Program-made: the position numbers and the translations under genes
Shown here: positions 1 to 8,676 of the stretch, piece after piece
How the letters are laid out: every line of letters begins with the position of its first letter
Position numbering within the stretch: the first letter of the stretch is position 1
Notes under the pieces: model-generated
What the model saw: the letters and a program-made list of their open reading frames with translations, nothing else
Told to the model about the DNA's origin: nothing
Databases searched by the model: none
Assembly: GCA_934464775.1 (NCBI GenBank)
Contig: CAKSKG010000006.1
Location: 5,545 to 69,544 of the forward strand
DNA: 64,000 nucleotides
Reading direction: 5' to 3'
Source of the DNA: an uncultured Oscillospiraceae bacterium
Lineage (GTDB): Bacteria; Bacillota; Clostridia; Oscillospirales; Ruminococcaceae

Positions 1-206
1 AATCGTGAGCCTATCGCCTCTCGAAAATCCTTTTCGATATCCTTTCGGATAATAAACACGATCTTGTCAAAGCCTGCCGCAAGAGCATCATAGACCGAAT
101 ACTCGGTCAGTATCTGTCCGCAGGGACCAACCTGCGCCAGCTGCTTCATTCCGCCCTTAAAGCGTGTGCCAAGTCCTGCCGCCATTACTGCCAGTGTTGT
201 TTTCAT
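1..206 (-). CDS. NTP-transferase (sugar-phosphate nucleotidyltransferase) family protein; only the N-terminal 68 codons are in the window
   Basis: Minus-strand ATG at 204..206. Hand translation MKTTLAVMAAGLGTRFKGGMKQLAQVGPCGQILTEYSVYDALAAGFDKIVFIIRKDIEKDF carries the A-x-G-x-G-T-R nucleotide-binding loop. It is absent from the ORF track because it runs off the window edge. Confidence 0.55.
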   Translation of the reverse strand, partial: MKTTLAVMAAGLGTRFKGGMKQLAQVGPCGQILTEYSVYDALAAGFDKIVFIIRKDIEKDFREAIGSR

Positions 207-221
207 TTTTTATCAATCCGT

Positions 222-1391
222 TCAAATAATTATTTCCGAAGCAAATTCCGTTCCGCTTACGGAAGATGTATCAAGTCCCAACATTTTTCCCACAGTCGCT
301 CCGATATCCGCAAAAGTCGGTCTTGTGCCGATATTCACGCTCTTTACCGAGCTTCCGTATGCCAGAAACGGGATATATTCACGGGTATGATCCGTTCCGT
401 GAGCCGTCGGGTCGCAGCCGTGATCCGCAGTTATCATCACAACATCTCCGCTGCCCAGCTTATCCATAAGCTGTCCGAGGCGGACATCAAATTCATTCAG
501 CGCATTTGTATAGCCCTCGGGATCACGCCTGTGACCGTAGAGCATATCAAAATCCACCAGATTCACAAAGCAAAGTCCATGAAAATCCCTGTCCGCATAA
601 GCGAGAGTTTTATCCATTCCGTCGGAATTATTCACGGTGCGCACAAATTCCGTAACGCCCTTTCCCGCAAAAATATCATTTATCTTGCCCACCGCAAGAA
701 CATCAAGTCCTGCCGACGAAACCACATCAAGAATAGTATCCTTCGGCGGAACCAGCGAAAAATCATGGCGCCGTGAGGTCCTCTCAAATGGATATTCCCC
801 CTTGAACGGACGTGCGATAACTCTTCCGACACCGTATTTTCCCGTAAGCAGCTTTCTTGCGGCTTCACAGTATTCATACAGCTTTTCAACTGGAACAACG
901 TCCTCGTGAGCGGCTATCTGGAACACGCTGTCAGCGGAGGTGTAAACGATGAGCGCACCTGTTTCCATATGCTCCCTGCCGTAATCCGCAATGACCTTTG
1001 TGCCAGAATAGGGCTTGTTGCACAGCACCTTTCTGCCTGTGGCTTTTTCAAAGGCGGAGATTACCTCGTCGGGAAATCCGTCGGGGAAAACGGGCATTGG
1101 CTCTTCGGAGATAATGCCGGATATCTCCCAGTGACCCGTCGTTGTGTCCTTTCCCTTGGACGCTTCACGGAGCTTTCCGTATGCTCCCACAGTAACATCG
1201 GCAGGAGTGCCGATGCCTATTCCGTCGATGTTATACAGTCCCAGCCTTGCCATATTGGGAACATTCAGCTTTCCCGTTTCATAGCAGGAGCGGAACGTAT
1301 TTGTCCCCTCGTCGCCGTAATCGGCGGCGTCAGGCTCCGCACCGACTCCTGCGCTGTCCATAACGATAAGAAAAACTCTTTTGATATCCAT
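222..1391 (-). CDS. deoB: phosphopentomutase
   Basis: 389-aa ORF. N-terminus MDSAGVGAEPDAADYGDEGTNT and C-terminal TADHGCDPT...GTDHTREYIPF are typical of DeoB (alkaline-phosphatase superfamily). Confidence 0.9.
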   Translation of the reverse strand: MDIKRVFLIVMDSAGVGAEPDAADYGDEGTNTFRSCYETGKLNVPNMARLGLYNIDGIGIGTPADVTVGAYGKLREASKGKDTTTGHWEISGIISEEPMPVFPDGFPDEVISAFEKATGRKVLCNKPYSGTKVIADYGREHMETGALIVYTSADSVFQIAAHEDVVPVEKLYEYCEAARKLLTGKYGVGRVIARPFKGEYPFERTSRRHDFSLVPPKDTILDVVSSAGLDVLAVGKINDIFAGKGVTEFVRTVNNSDGMDKTLAYADRDFHGLCFVNLVDFDMLYGHRRDPEGYTNALNEFDVRLGQLMDKLGSGDVVMITADHGCDPTAHGTDHTREYIPFLAYGSSVKSVNIGTRPTFADIGATVGKMLGLDTSSVSGTEFASEIII

Positions 1392-1395
1392 ATTA

Positions 1396-1896
1396 TCAGT
1401 CCTTAACGTATACCTTTACTATTTCCGAAATAAATTCCGTGTGCATGGGATCGCCGTTGATGTTCTCGGCTTTAAGAGCCTCGTCGGTGAAAAATTCGGG
1501 CTTCATCTCCTGAACATAAAGCTTGCGGCACACCAGCACCAGTTCAGCCTGTTCGATAGCCGCAGTTCCGTCAACGAACACGGGAGTAAGTCCCGTTTCC
1601 TTTGACTTGTCACAGTCACGTCCCGAATTTCTGCCGCAGAACATCAGCGCACTGCGGTATTCCTCTGGAAGAAAGCTCGCGGTGAAATACTCGTTCTTTT
1701 CAAGGAAGCTGTATGTATGGCGGCTGGGTCTTACAACAGCCTGAAGGCAGTTTTTGCCCCACATAACGCCCATAAAGCCCCATGAAGCGGTCATCGTGTT
1801 CCAGCTGCTCTCATCGCCAGCGGTTATAAGGAACCACTGCTTGCCGATCTTTTCAAAGGGATTGAAGTTCAGTTCTTTTATGTTTATCTCTTTCAT
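1396..1896 (-). CDS. flavin reductase-like (FMN-binding split-barrel) domain protein
   Basis: 166-aa ORF. FLITAGD...NTMTASWGFMGVMWGK pattern typical of the flavin-reductase-like family. Lies 4 nt upstream of deoB on the same strand. Confidence 0.7.
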   Translation of the reverse strand: MKEINIKELNFNPFEKIGKQWFLITAGDESSWNTMTASWGFMGVMWGKNCLQAVVRPSRHTYSFLEKNEYFTASFLPEEYRSALMFCGRNSGRDCDKSKETGLTPVFVDGTAAIEQAELVLVCRKLYVQEMKPEFFTDEALKAENINGDPMHTEFISEIVKVYVKD

Positions 1897-2125
1897 GGTC
1901 GATTCCTCCGTACATGAATATAATTATCTTTTCTCACATTATAACATATCTATTCGGAAAAATAAACAGTTATTTCAAAAAAACTCAAAATATTTTATTC
2001 ACATACAATTCGATAATATTGTCAACAAACGCACAATTGCAAATATGCCGAATATGATATTTTGGTATATTTGACGAAAAGCAGAAGTGATATAAAGAAT
2101 ATTTTCCGAATTTGGTAATAAATTA

Positions 2126-2154
2126 TTGACAAACCGACATGATTATGTTATGAT
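2126..2154 (+). promoter_or_regulatory. sigma-A-type promoter for the 2219..3685 gene
   Basis: TTGACA (2126..2131), 17-nt spacer, TATGAT (2149..2154). Confidence 0.45.
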
Positions 2155-2218
2155 ATGTTTTATGTTAGGCAACAGAGTTTGCCTTTTTATCCAAACAAAC
2201 AGCAAAAGGGGTTTTTTT

Positions 2219-3685
2219 ATGACCGATAATTTTGATATGGACGATATCAGCCTTGACGGCATATCGCTTGATGATCTTACTTCGCTGCCCGATCTTCCCG
2301 AATCCGCAAACGACTGGAAGCGCAAGCATCACGAACAGGACGATCAGGATTCAATAGATATCTCGGGACTTGACATGGACTCTCTGAACACGGAGCTTCC
2401 CGAAGCGGAGCGTGCGCCTATACGTGAGCCTGCATTTCTCAGCAGCAAGGCGGCTGCGGAAGAGGCTGCCGCAAAGGCAAAAGAGGCAAAATCCGAGCCT
2501 AAGCCTGCTCCCGCTCCCATTCCCGCAAAACCGTCGATCCCGTCGGGACTTCCCGCAGGATACGTTCCTCCCGTTGGCGGAATAAACGTACAGAAAAAGT
2601 CCGTTTCCGTTCCCAATGCGGCAGGCAGAATAAATGTTGAGAAAAAGCCTGCCTCCGTACAGTCTGCGGCAGGACAGATAGATCTTGAAAAGAAACCTGC
2701 ACCTACCGCTTCAAGCGGCGGAATAAGCATCGAGAAGAAGCCTGTTTCCGTTCCCAATGCAGGTGCGGCAGGCGGAATATCCATTCAGAAAAAGAGCGTG
2801 ACAACTCCCGCTTCAAGCGGCGGATATGTTCCTCCCACGGTAAACCCCATAGGCTCCGCACCTCAGCCCGTTAAAACAAATGCGGCTCCCGTGACAACAG
2901 TTAAAAAGTCCGAGGTTGAAAATCTCGCAAATGCTATACCGAGACAGACCCCTGCCGAAAGCAAGGACATCTCCGATGTAAAGCCTCCCGTTATCTCGGG
3001 AATGGACGATATCCCCATGCCGAAGCTTTCAGATATGGACGGAACGGAAGCAAAGCCTAAGGCTGCGCCTGTAAATGCCGCTCCGAAGCCCTCAAATTCA
3101 TATGCGGCAAACAAGCCGCAGGCAGCTGCACCTGCTCCCGCACAGCACCTTTCGGCGGCTGAACAGCGCAGACAGGATAAGCTCAACGCAGGCTTTGACG
3201 ATCAGCCTATCAGAGTTTCCCAGCTCAACCATCAGGCTATGGTGGACGCCCAGATGCAGGAATGGGAAAATCAGCGCCGCAAGGACTATGAGGACGGCAG
3301 AACTATCGTAATGATAATCGCTATCATTTACGGCATACTCGGTCTCTGCAATTTCCTCGGCGACATAAGCGTAAGACAGGGAATTTACCTTGCAATTGAC
3401 GTAATAATCGCACTCCAGCTTTTCAAGGGCAATTACAAGGTAAGAGTATGGTACATCGTTTTCGCCATTCTCGGAGCTATCGGAAACGGTCTTGCGATCA
3501 TGTCACTCCTTGGCATAAGTTCTTATGTCAACCAGCAAGATGAAACACTGCTTGCCGAAAGCGGACTTACACCGTACATCATTCTTGCAGTGGTTATCGG
3601 AATGATCAGCACAATTTACAACATCGTGACCTCCGTGCTTCTCATGTGCAACAAAAAGGTCAGAGTTTATTTTGAGCATACATAA
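2219..3685 (+). CDS. hypothetical membrane protein: acidic N-terminus, Pro/Ala-rich linker with five ~16-aa repeats, C-terminal multi-TM domain
   Basis: ATG at 2219 is preceded by AAAAGGGG; the track start at 2126 is a TTG inside the promoter. Repeats are GGINVQKKSVSVPNAA / GRINVEKKPASVQSAA / GQIDLEKKPAPTASSG / GISIEKKPVSVPNAG / GISIQKKSVTTPASSG. The last ~120 aa form about four hydrophobic helices. Confidence 0.6.
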   Translation: MTDNFDMDDISLDGISLDDLTSLPDLPESANDWKRKHHEQDDQDSIDISGLDMDSLNTELPEAERAPIREPAFLSSKAAAEEAAAKAKEAKSEPKPAPAPIPAKPSIPSGLPAGYVPPVGGINVQKKSVSVPNAAGRINVEKKPASVQSAAGQIDLEKKPAPTASSGGISIEKKPVSVPNAGAAGGISIQKKSVTTPASSGGYVPPTVNPIGSAPQPVKTNAAPVTTVKKSEVENLANAIPRQTPAESKDISDVKPPVISGMDDIPMPKLSDMDGTEAKPKAAPVNAAPKPSNSYAANKPQAAAPAPAQHLSAAEQRRQDKLNAGFDDQPIRVSQLNHQAMVDAQMQEWENQRRKDYEDGRTIVMIIAIIYGILGLCNFLGDISVRQGIYLAIDVIIALQLFKGNYKVRVWYIVFAILGAIGNGLAIMSLLGISSYVNQQDETLLAESGLTPYIILAVVIGMISTIYNIVTSVLLMCNKKVRVYFEHT

Positions 3686-3705
3686 GCCTGCATATTAACA
3701 AAAAC

Positions 3706-3742
3706 AAAACCGTTCTCCGCAGCATTTCGGAGAACGGTTTTC
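3706..3742. terminator. bidirectional intrinsic terminator
   Basis: CCGTTCTCCG (3710..3719) pairs with CGGAGAACGG (3728..3737). An A-run lies upstream and a T-run downstream, between convergent genes. Confidence 0.8.
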
Positions 3743-3746
3743 TGTA

Positions 3747-4412
3747 TTATAAAGGCTTTTTCACGGCAATAAGATACTTTATCTTCTTGCCCTCTTCGCT
3801 GAACATTTTCTCATGCTCGGTAACGATATTATCCTCAAGATTTTCCGCATGAAGATCACGGGTGATGTACTTTATCTCAAAGCCCGTTTCCTCAAAATAC
3901 GGTATGGATTCCTCGAAAAGCTGATCGTCGTCCGTCTTGAAGCGGATCTCTCCGCCGTCTTTCAGGAATATCCTGTACTGCTCCAGCTGACGTGTATGGG
4001 TCAGTCTGCGCTTCTGATGCTTTCCTCTGGGCCATGGATTGCAGAAATTGATATATATTCTGTCAACGGTATCCTCGGCGGAAAATGCGTTGGATATCAT
4101 TGATATATTGTCCGACACAAGGCGGATATTCTCGGGCTTTCTTCCTGCCTCGGCAAAAAGCTTTTCAATGGTGCGTCTGCCGACTGCAAGCATCTCGCTC
4201 TTGATGTCAACGGCTATCCAGTTAACATCGGGGTAACGGAGCGCCGCCTGCGCAACGAACACGCCCTTGCCGCAGCCAAGCTCCACATACAGCGGCTTGG
4301 AATTATCATCAAATACCGTGTGCCACTTTCCCTTCATGGCGTCCGCTCTTTCAATATAATACGGACACTGCGCCAGTTCGGGACGTGCCCATGGTTTTCT
4401 TCTCATTCTCAT
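3747..4412 (-). CDS. trmB: tRNA (guanine-N7)-methyltransferase
   Basis: 221 aa. VELGCGKGVF SAM-binding motif and ...NFCNPWPRGKHQKRRL typical of TrmB. Confidence 0.85.
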   Translation of the reverse strand: MRMRRKPWARPELAQCPYYIERADAMKGKWHTVFDDNSKPLYVELGCGKGVFVAQAALRYPDVNWIAVDIKSEMLAVGRRTIEKLFAEAGRKPENIRLVSDNISMISNAFSAEDTVDRIYINFCNPWPRGKHQKRRLTHTRQLEQYRIFLKDGGEIRFKTDDDQLFEESIPYFEETGFEIKYITRDLHAENLEDNIVTEHEKMFSEEGKKIKYLIAVKKPL

Positions 4413-4513
4413 TTTTTATATCCATTCCTTTCAGGTCATTTCTTGCATAGAGAACATTATAGCATAGATTTATATATTTGGCAAAATAATTTTATAAAAT
4501 TTTCGTAAACCTG

Positions 4514-4542
4514 TTGATTTGAATAAAAATATGTGATATAAT
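4514..4542 (+). promoter_or_regulatory. sigma-A-type promoter for pyrE
   Basis: TTGATT (4514..4519), 17-nt spacer, TATAAT (4537..4542). Confidence 0.5.
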
Positions 4543-4611
4543 TAAAATATATTATTTAATATGCTAAGACAGTCGGCAATACGTCTGTCATTAAAACTGG
4601 AGGTCCATGCG

Positions 4612-5268
4612 ATGAGCTACAAAAACGAATTTATCAAATTTATGGTTGAAAGCGGAGTTCTCACTTTCGGCGACTTCACTCTGAAGAGCGGCAGAAAGGC
4701 TCCTTATTTCGTAAATACGGGAAATTATATCACAGGCGCACAGCTTTCCCGTCTGGGCGGCTTCTATGCCGACTGCATCAAGGAAAACAATATCCCCGTT
4801 GAAACTCTCTTCGGTCCCGCTTACAAGGGCATTCCCCTTGCAGTTTCCGCTGCCGCTGCACTGTACAGCAAATACGGCATCGACGTAAACTACTGCTTCG
4901 ACCGCAAGGAGGTCAAGGACCACGGCGAGGGCGGAATGTTCGTAGGCAAGAAGCTTGCCGACAAGGAAAAGGTAGTTATCATTGAGGACGTTATGACCTC
5001 CGGCAAGGCTCTCAGAGAGGTTTATCCCAAGCTGAAATCCGCAGCAGATGTTGATATCACAGGCATGGTCATCACGGTTGACCGTATGGAAAAGGCTCTT
5101 GACAGCGATCTTTCCGCAGTTCAGGCAGCTTACAAGGAATTCGGCGTAAAGGTATATTCTATCGTTACTATCAACGATATCATCGAAGCTATCAGAAACG
5201 ATGTTGTTCCCGGCAAGGAATATCTTGACAAGATGATCGAATACAGAAAGACATACGGCGTTGAATAA
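4612..5268 (+). CDS. pyrE: orotate phosphoribosyltransferase
   Basis: ATG at 4612 follows GGAGG (4599..4603). MSYKNEFIKFMVESGVLTFGDFTLKSGRKAPYFVN and the PRPP motif VVIIEDVMTSG. Confidence 0.9.
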   Translation: MSYKNEFIKFMVESGVLTFGDFTLKSGRKAPYFVNTGNYITGAQLSRLGGFYADCIKENNIPVETLFGPAYKGIPLAVSAAAALYSKYGIDVNYCFDRKEVKDHGEGGMFVGKKLADKEKVVIIEDVMTSGKALREVYPKLKSAADVDITGMVITVDRMEKALDSDLSAVQAAYKEFGVKVYSIVTINDIIEAIRNDVVPGKEYLDKMIEYRKTYGVE

Positions 5269-5309
5269 TTTATTTTCAAGGGTTAATTTTTATTAAGGTG
5301 GTATATACA

Positions 5310-6851
5310 ATGAGCGTTAGATTTGACCTTACCGCTGTTGCACCCGAGCTGCTTGATGCGGTAATCAACATGGACAACTCCCCTGCATACGAAGCTTTTA
5401 AGGAAGAGATCGAGAGCATTCTCAAGGAATTCAATGAGTCCGCTCATTTCGGTTCAAGCCTTACTATCGACGAAAAGGCACTTACCGACAATTCCGTTGA
5501 AACAATGAAGAATATGCACCATGCATTTCTTCTCTGGACTATCCGTGACGAGCTGAAAAACGGCGGCGATGCCGAGACAGGCTACAAGGCTTATGTCAAG
5601 CTGTTCTTCAAGGCAAACTGCGACAAGATAGCAGCCCTCAACGGCGGCAGCATGACTGTTGCAGCCTCCGAGGCGGCTTCTCTTATCAAGGCATTTCTTG
5701 CCGAGATCGGCAAGGACGCTGAGCTGTACAAATCCGTCAAGGAATTTTTCAAGGGGTATATCTACGGTTACAGCTTCAACTATCTCACCGAGCAGGTGAT
5801 CATGGAAAAATATGCGGAATTTCTTGTATGCCTTGGCATGATGACAGGAAAGATCGCCGCTTCCATTTCCGCACAGCAGAAGATCATGCCAAAAATGGCT
5901 ATGCTGCTGGGCAATGACCGCTTCAAGTATATCAGCGGATTTATCCCTCTCGATATCATGCTGGATATCATATATGACCGCTTCTGCTTCCCCAATCTTT
6001 CCGATGAGGAAACAGAAAAGATCCACGGCATAATCAGAAAATATATCCTCGAACATTTTGAGATGCAGAAGGACGACGAGGCAACAACGCTCATTTCCAC
6101 ACAGGTCACAGCCTCGCTCATGACAGACATGAACGGAAACTATGTCAATGTTCCCGCATATTCCGAGCAGACCTTTGCAGGCTGCTTCGGCGGCGTCCGC
6201 AGCTTCCTCGGCGCCGATAAGGAGGACTTCGGAGAGTTTGACGCCGCAACTATCGCAGGCATCATCAACGGAAAATGCTCCGCAGACTTTGTTCAGTATT
6301 TCACAACAGAGCGTGAGCCGAATCTTGAAGTTGCGCTGGGCGGCGACGATATCGGATACAAGTATCCTCTGGTTTTCAGAGATGCTTCCGATTACTGGTA
6401 CTCCCCTATCTATCAGCATCTGATAAACGATCTGCTTGACAACAAGATCTATTCGTTCATTGATACAAACAATCTTCCCCTTGACATCTTCCCCTTTGCG
6501 GACGAGGTACTCAAAACGAATGCTATCCGTACATATACAAACAGCTCCGCAACGGGCTATTCTATCAGAGCGGACAAGAAGCAGGTGCTTATCCGTCTTA
6601 TCGACATCAACTCCGCACCCTCTCTTTCCGACTCCGAAAAGAGGATGCTTATGCTTGAACAGATTCTCTATATCCTTTCGGGCAACTGCGATGCAGACAA
6701 GTACAACAAGCTTGTTATCGACAACGTATTCAACGGCGAGCTTTACGATGAGTATGTTATGTACCGCATAAACAAGATACTCGAACAGGGCAGCGGCAGT
6801 GTTGATGCAAAGAAGTCACTGCTCCGGCAGGTAATTGCTATCAAGCTCTGA
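5310..6851 (+). CDS. hypothetical protein (513 aa, soluble, apparently helical), no family recognised
   Basis: Long uninterrupted ORF. ATG at 5310 lies 8 nt after AAGGTGG. Followed by a terminator. No TM segments, signal peptide or catalytic motifs that I recognise. Confidence 0.75.
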   Translation: MSVRFDLTAVAPELLDAVINMDNSPAYEAFKEEIESILKEFNESAHFGSSLTIDEKALTDNSVETMKNMHHAFLLWTIRDELKNGGDAETGYKAYVKLFFKANCDKIAALNGGSMTVAASEAASLIKAFLAEIGKDAELYKSVKEFFKGYIYGYSFNYLTEQVIMEKYAEFLVCLGMMTGKIAASISAQQKIMPKMAMLLGNDRFKYISGFIPLDIMLDIIYDRFCFPNLSDEETEKIHGIIRKYILEHFEMQKDDEATTLISTQVTASLMTDMNGNYVNVPAYSEQTFAGCFGGVRSFLGADKEDFGEFDAATIAGIINGKCSADFVQYFTTEREPNLEVALGGDDIGYKYPLVFRDASDYWYSPIYQHLINDLLDNKIYSFIDTNNLPLDIFPFADEVLKTNAIRTYTNSSATGYSIRADKKQVLIRLIDINSAPSLSDSEKRMLMLEQILYILSGNCDADKYNKLVIDNVFNGELYDEYVMYRINKILEQGSGSVDAKKSLLRQVIAIKL

Positions 6852-6874
6852 TAATTATTCCGTTACATATACTA

Positions 6875-6905
6875 AAAAAGGACTTGCTTTGAGCAGGTCC
6901 TTTTT
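6875..6905 (+). terminator. intrinsic terminator of the 5310..6851 gene
   Basis: GGACTTGC (6880..6887) pairs with GCAGGTCC (6893..6900), followed by T5. Confidence 0.7.
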
Positions 6906-6930
6906 CATATACATATACAATAACGCAAAC

Positions 6931-6959
6931 ACAAAAGCAGGCACCGAAAAGCACCTGCT
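6931..6959 (-). terminator. intrinsic terminator of the cheY/cheX-like operon
   Basis: On the minus strand AGCAGGTGC pairs with GTGCCTGCT (9 bp including 2 G-U pairs valid only on this strand), then a T-run. Confidence 0.65.
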
Positions 6960-6982
6960 TTTATTTTCAAATGATAATATTA

Positions 6983-7861
6983 TCAGCCGCCGATAACAAA
7001 TGTAACAACTCCGAACGGGAATGCCAGAGGGATCTTGTATGCGCCGTTCAGACCGTCTCTTGTTTCATTGTGAACGACTACCTGAGGCTCAAGAGTAAGC
7101 TCTGTGTTTCTGTCGTTGGAAACATTAACGGCAAAAAGTCCGTTGTGGAGATTCAGGAACTCGCCTGCGGAAGCGTCTGCCATTTCATCAACAGCCGTAA
7201 GCTCCTCGCCTGCATATCTTGATGCAAAGCCGATATAAGCCTTGTCCTCCGCATCAACGGCAATAGTGTGGGCAAACACACCGCTGATCTTCTGAATGCT
7301 TGCATTGCTGAACTTGTATGTATCAACACGCTCGCAGTTGAGAGGTGTGAAATCATCGCCTATAAAGCGGACGATATTCTTGAAGAGCAGGTCGATATAC
7401 TCTACCATAAGCTCGTCACTGTCATTTTCAAAGTTATAGAATGACTTGATAACATTGTGTATCTTTTCGTTGTCATTCTCCTTGAAATCGCTGTCGGAGA
7501 TGCTGTTTTCAGCCTTGTATGCATTGAGGGCAGCCTCAAAATCCGAGTTGGACATATAGCCTCTGTCAACGAGAGCCTGTCCCAGAAGCAGATGAGAACC
7601 AGACTGTGCGGAGAAAAGCTCATCTACCTGCGCATTTGTCATAAAGCCCATTGCAACGGCGATCTCACCGATGCGCTTATCCATTCTCTGCTGCTCTGCG
7701 TGTACCTTTTCAACCTGCTCGGCTGTCATATAGCCTGCATTGATAGCCAGCACACCAAGCTTTACACGGGTCGTTTTAAGTGCGGAAAGAGCCTCTGCAA
7801 GCTGTGCAGGCTCAACAAGACGGTTGTTCAGCAGATAGTTGCCGAAAAATTGTGTAAACAT
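6983..7861 (-). CDS. fusion protein: N-terminal tandem MshEN/T2SSE_N-like (c-di-GMP-binding type) motifs plus a C-terminal CheX-like phosphatase domain
   Basis: Residues 34-57 (KLGVLAINAGYMTAEQVEKVHAEQ) and 63-86 (RIGEIAVAMGFMTNAQVDELFSAQ) fit the 24-residue MshEN motif RLGxx(L/V/I)(L/V/I)xxG(L/V/I)(L/V/I)xxxxLxxxLxxQ and are separated by exactly 5 residues. The C-terminus has DASAGEFLNLHNG...LTLEPQVVV...IPLAFPFGVVTFVI, resembling CheX D-x-x-G-E-x-x-N ... P-x-V-V. Confidence 0.6.
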   Translation of the reverse strand: MFTQFFGNYLLNNRLVEPAQLAEALSALKTTRVKLGVLAINAGYMTAEQVEKVHAEQQRMDKRIGEIAVAMGFMTNAQVDELFSAQSGSHLLLGQALVDRGYMSNSDFEAALNAYKAENSISDSDFKENDNEKIHNVIKSFYNFENDSDELMVEYIDLLFKNIVRFIGDDFTPLNCERVDTYKFSNASIQKISGVFAHTIAVDAEDKAYIGFASRYAGEELTAVDEMADASAGEFLNLHNGLFAVNVSNDRNTELTLEPQVVVHNETRDGLNGAYKIPLAFPFGVVTFVIGG

Positions 7862-7884
7862 AACAGAAACCTCATTTCAAAAAA

Positions 7885-8256
7885 TTATTCGGCAAGCTTT
7901 TCGATAATTGCCTTTACCTGTGCTTCTTCCAGAGGCTTCTGGAGGAAATCATAAGCGCCTGCATTGATAGCCTCTTTAAGATTTGCCTGAGTACCTACCG
8001 ATGAAGCCATAACCACCTTTGCCTTGGGATTTACGGCAAGGATCTCCTTGAGAGCGTCAACGCCGTTGATCTCGGGCATAACGATATCCATGAATGTAAC
8101 ATCGGGCAGATGATTCTTATACATACTTACGGCAGCCTTGCCGTCGCCGGCTTCAACAACGGTACCGACACCGAGGGACTTGATAAAAGTCACAAGCTTC
8201 TTTCTCGCAAGAAGCGAATCGTCACAAATAAGAACAGTCATTTTTTCCAGACTCAT
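7885..8256 (-). CDS. single-domain response regulator (CheY-like receiver)
   Basis: 123 aa. DD pair (ICDDS), phospho-acceptor context VTFMDIVMP, ...MASSVG...K. AAGGAG RBS 8 nt upstream of the ATG. Confidence 0.85.
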   Translation of the reverse strand: MSLEKMTVLICDDSLLARKKLVTFIKSLGVGTVVEAGDGKAAVSMYKNHLPDVTFMDIVMPEINGVDALKEILAVNPKAKVVMASSVGTQANLKEAINAGAYDFLQKPLEEAQVKAIIEKLAE

Positions 8257-8333
8257 TTTAAATACTCCTTAATGCTTAATTTATACGGGCAGCACCGCTG
8301 AAACAACGCCTGTGCCTCCGAATCTATGATACA

Positions 8334-8362
8334 ATTATACCACGTTTATCTTTGCAATTCAA
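8334..8362 (-). promoter_or_regulatory. sigma-A-type promoter for the cheY-like operon
   Basis: Minus strand reads TTGAAT (8357..8362), 17-nt spacer, TATAAT (8334..8339). It lies between the RNA terminator and cheY. Confidence 0.5.
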
Positions 8363-8415
8363 CTAAAATTTGTGAACATTGTCAATATTAACATATTTAT
8401 TCACTTATATATAGC

Positions 8416-8670
8416 AAAAAGACCATATGCAAAACGCATATGGTTCATCAACAAAAATAAAAGATTCCACCCAGCCGCCATGTGGCGAATAAAACCCGCA
8501 CAAAGCAGGTGGGCAACAGCCCGACAGTTTCACGCTCCCTGCGTCCGTGGGTCCCATCATCTAAATGGGCGGGAGGTCTGCAATCTGCTGACGGAGCCTG
8601 AATCCCTAATTAAAAGTGTTGGATTATAAAACCACACTTTATCGGTCAAGGCAGAATCTTTAACTTTCTG
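8416..8670 (-). ncRNA. stand-alone structured non-coding RNA of about 255 nt, family unrecognised
   Basis: Own near-consensus promoter immediately upstream. The closing helix is about 18 bp (8643..8661 with 8460..8477) and includes three G-U pairs valid only on the minus strand. Internal hairpins at 8613..8640, 8553..8569, 8532..8544 and 8511..8522. It ends in a 10-bp hairpin plus T5 (8416..8445). No credible ORF. Confidence 0.6.
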
Positions 8671-8676
8671 ATATAT

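Noticed and set aside
8405-8560. A 51-codon minus-strand ORF (MMGPTDAGSVKLSGCCPPALCGF...) inside the RNA locus.
   Set aside because: It has no Shine-Dalgarno sequence, starts in the middle of the predicted structure, and reads straight through the terminator hairpin. It is most likely a chance ORF.
8460-8661. The 8416..8670 RNA as SRP (scRNA/4.5S) RNA. The plus-strand stretch GGGAGGTCTGCAATCTGCTGACGGAGCCTGAATCCC loosely resembles the Alu-domain of Bacillus-type SRP RNA.
   Set aside because: The promoter, terminator and G-U pairs are all on the minus strand. Neither strand contains the domain-IV GGAA tetraloop with its AGCA symmetric-loop signature. The resemblance is short and probably due to chance.
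8416-8670. The same RNA as a riboswitch or leader controlling the cheY-like operon (c-di-GMP-I, c-di-AMP/ydaO and cobalamin classes considered).
   Set aside because: A separate TTGAAT-17-TATAAT promoter (8334..8362) lies between the RNA terminator and cheY. Only fragments of the consensus sequences are present (GGGACCCA, GCGUGAAAC, GGACGCA). The B12 box, the GEMM GGCAAAC/ACGCAAAGC pair and the ydaO CCGACAGCUAACC block are absent in the right order on the transcribed strand.
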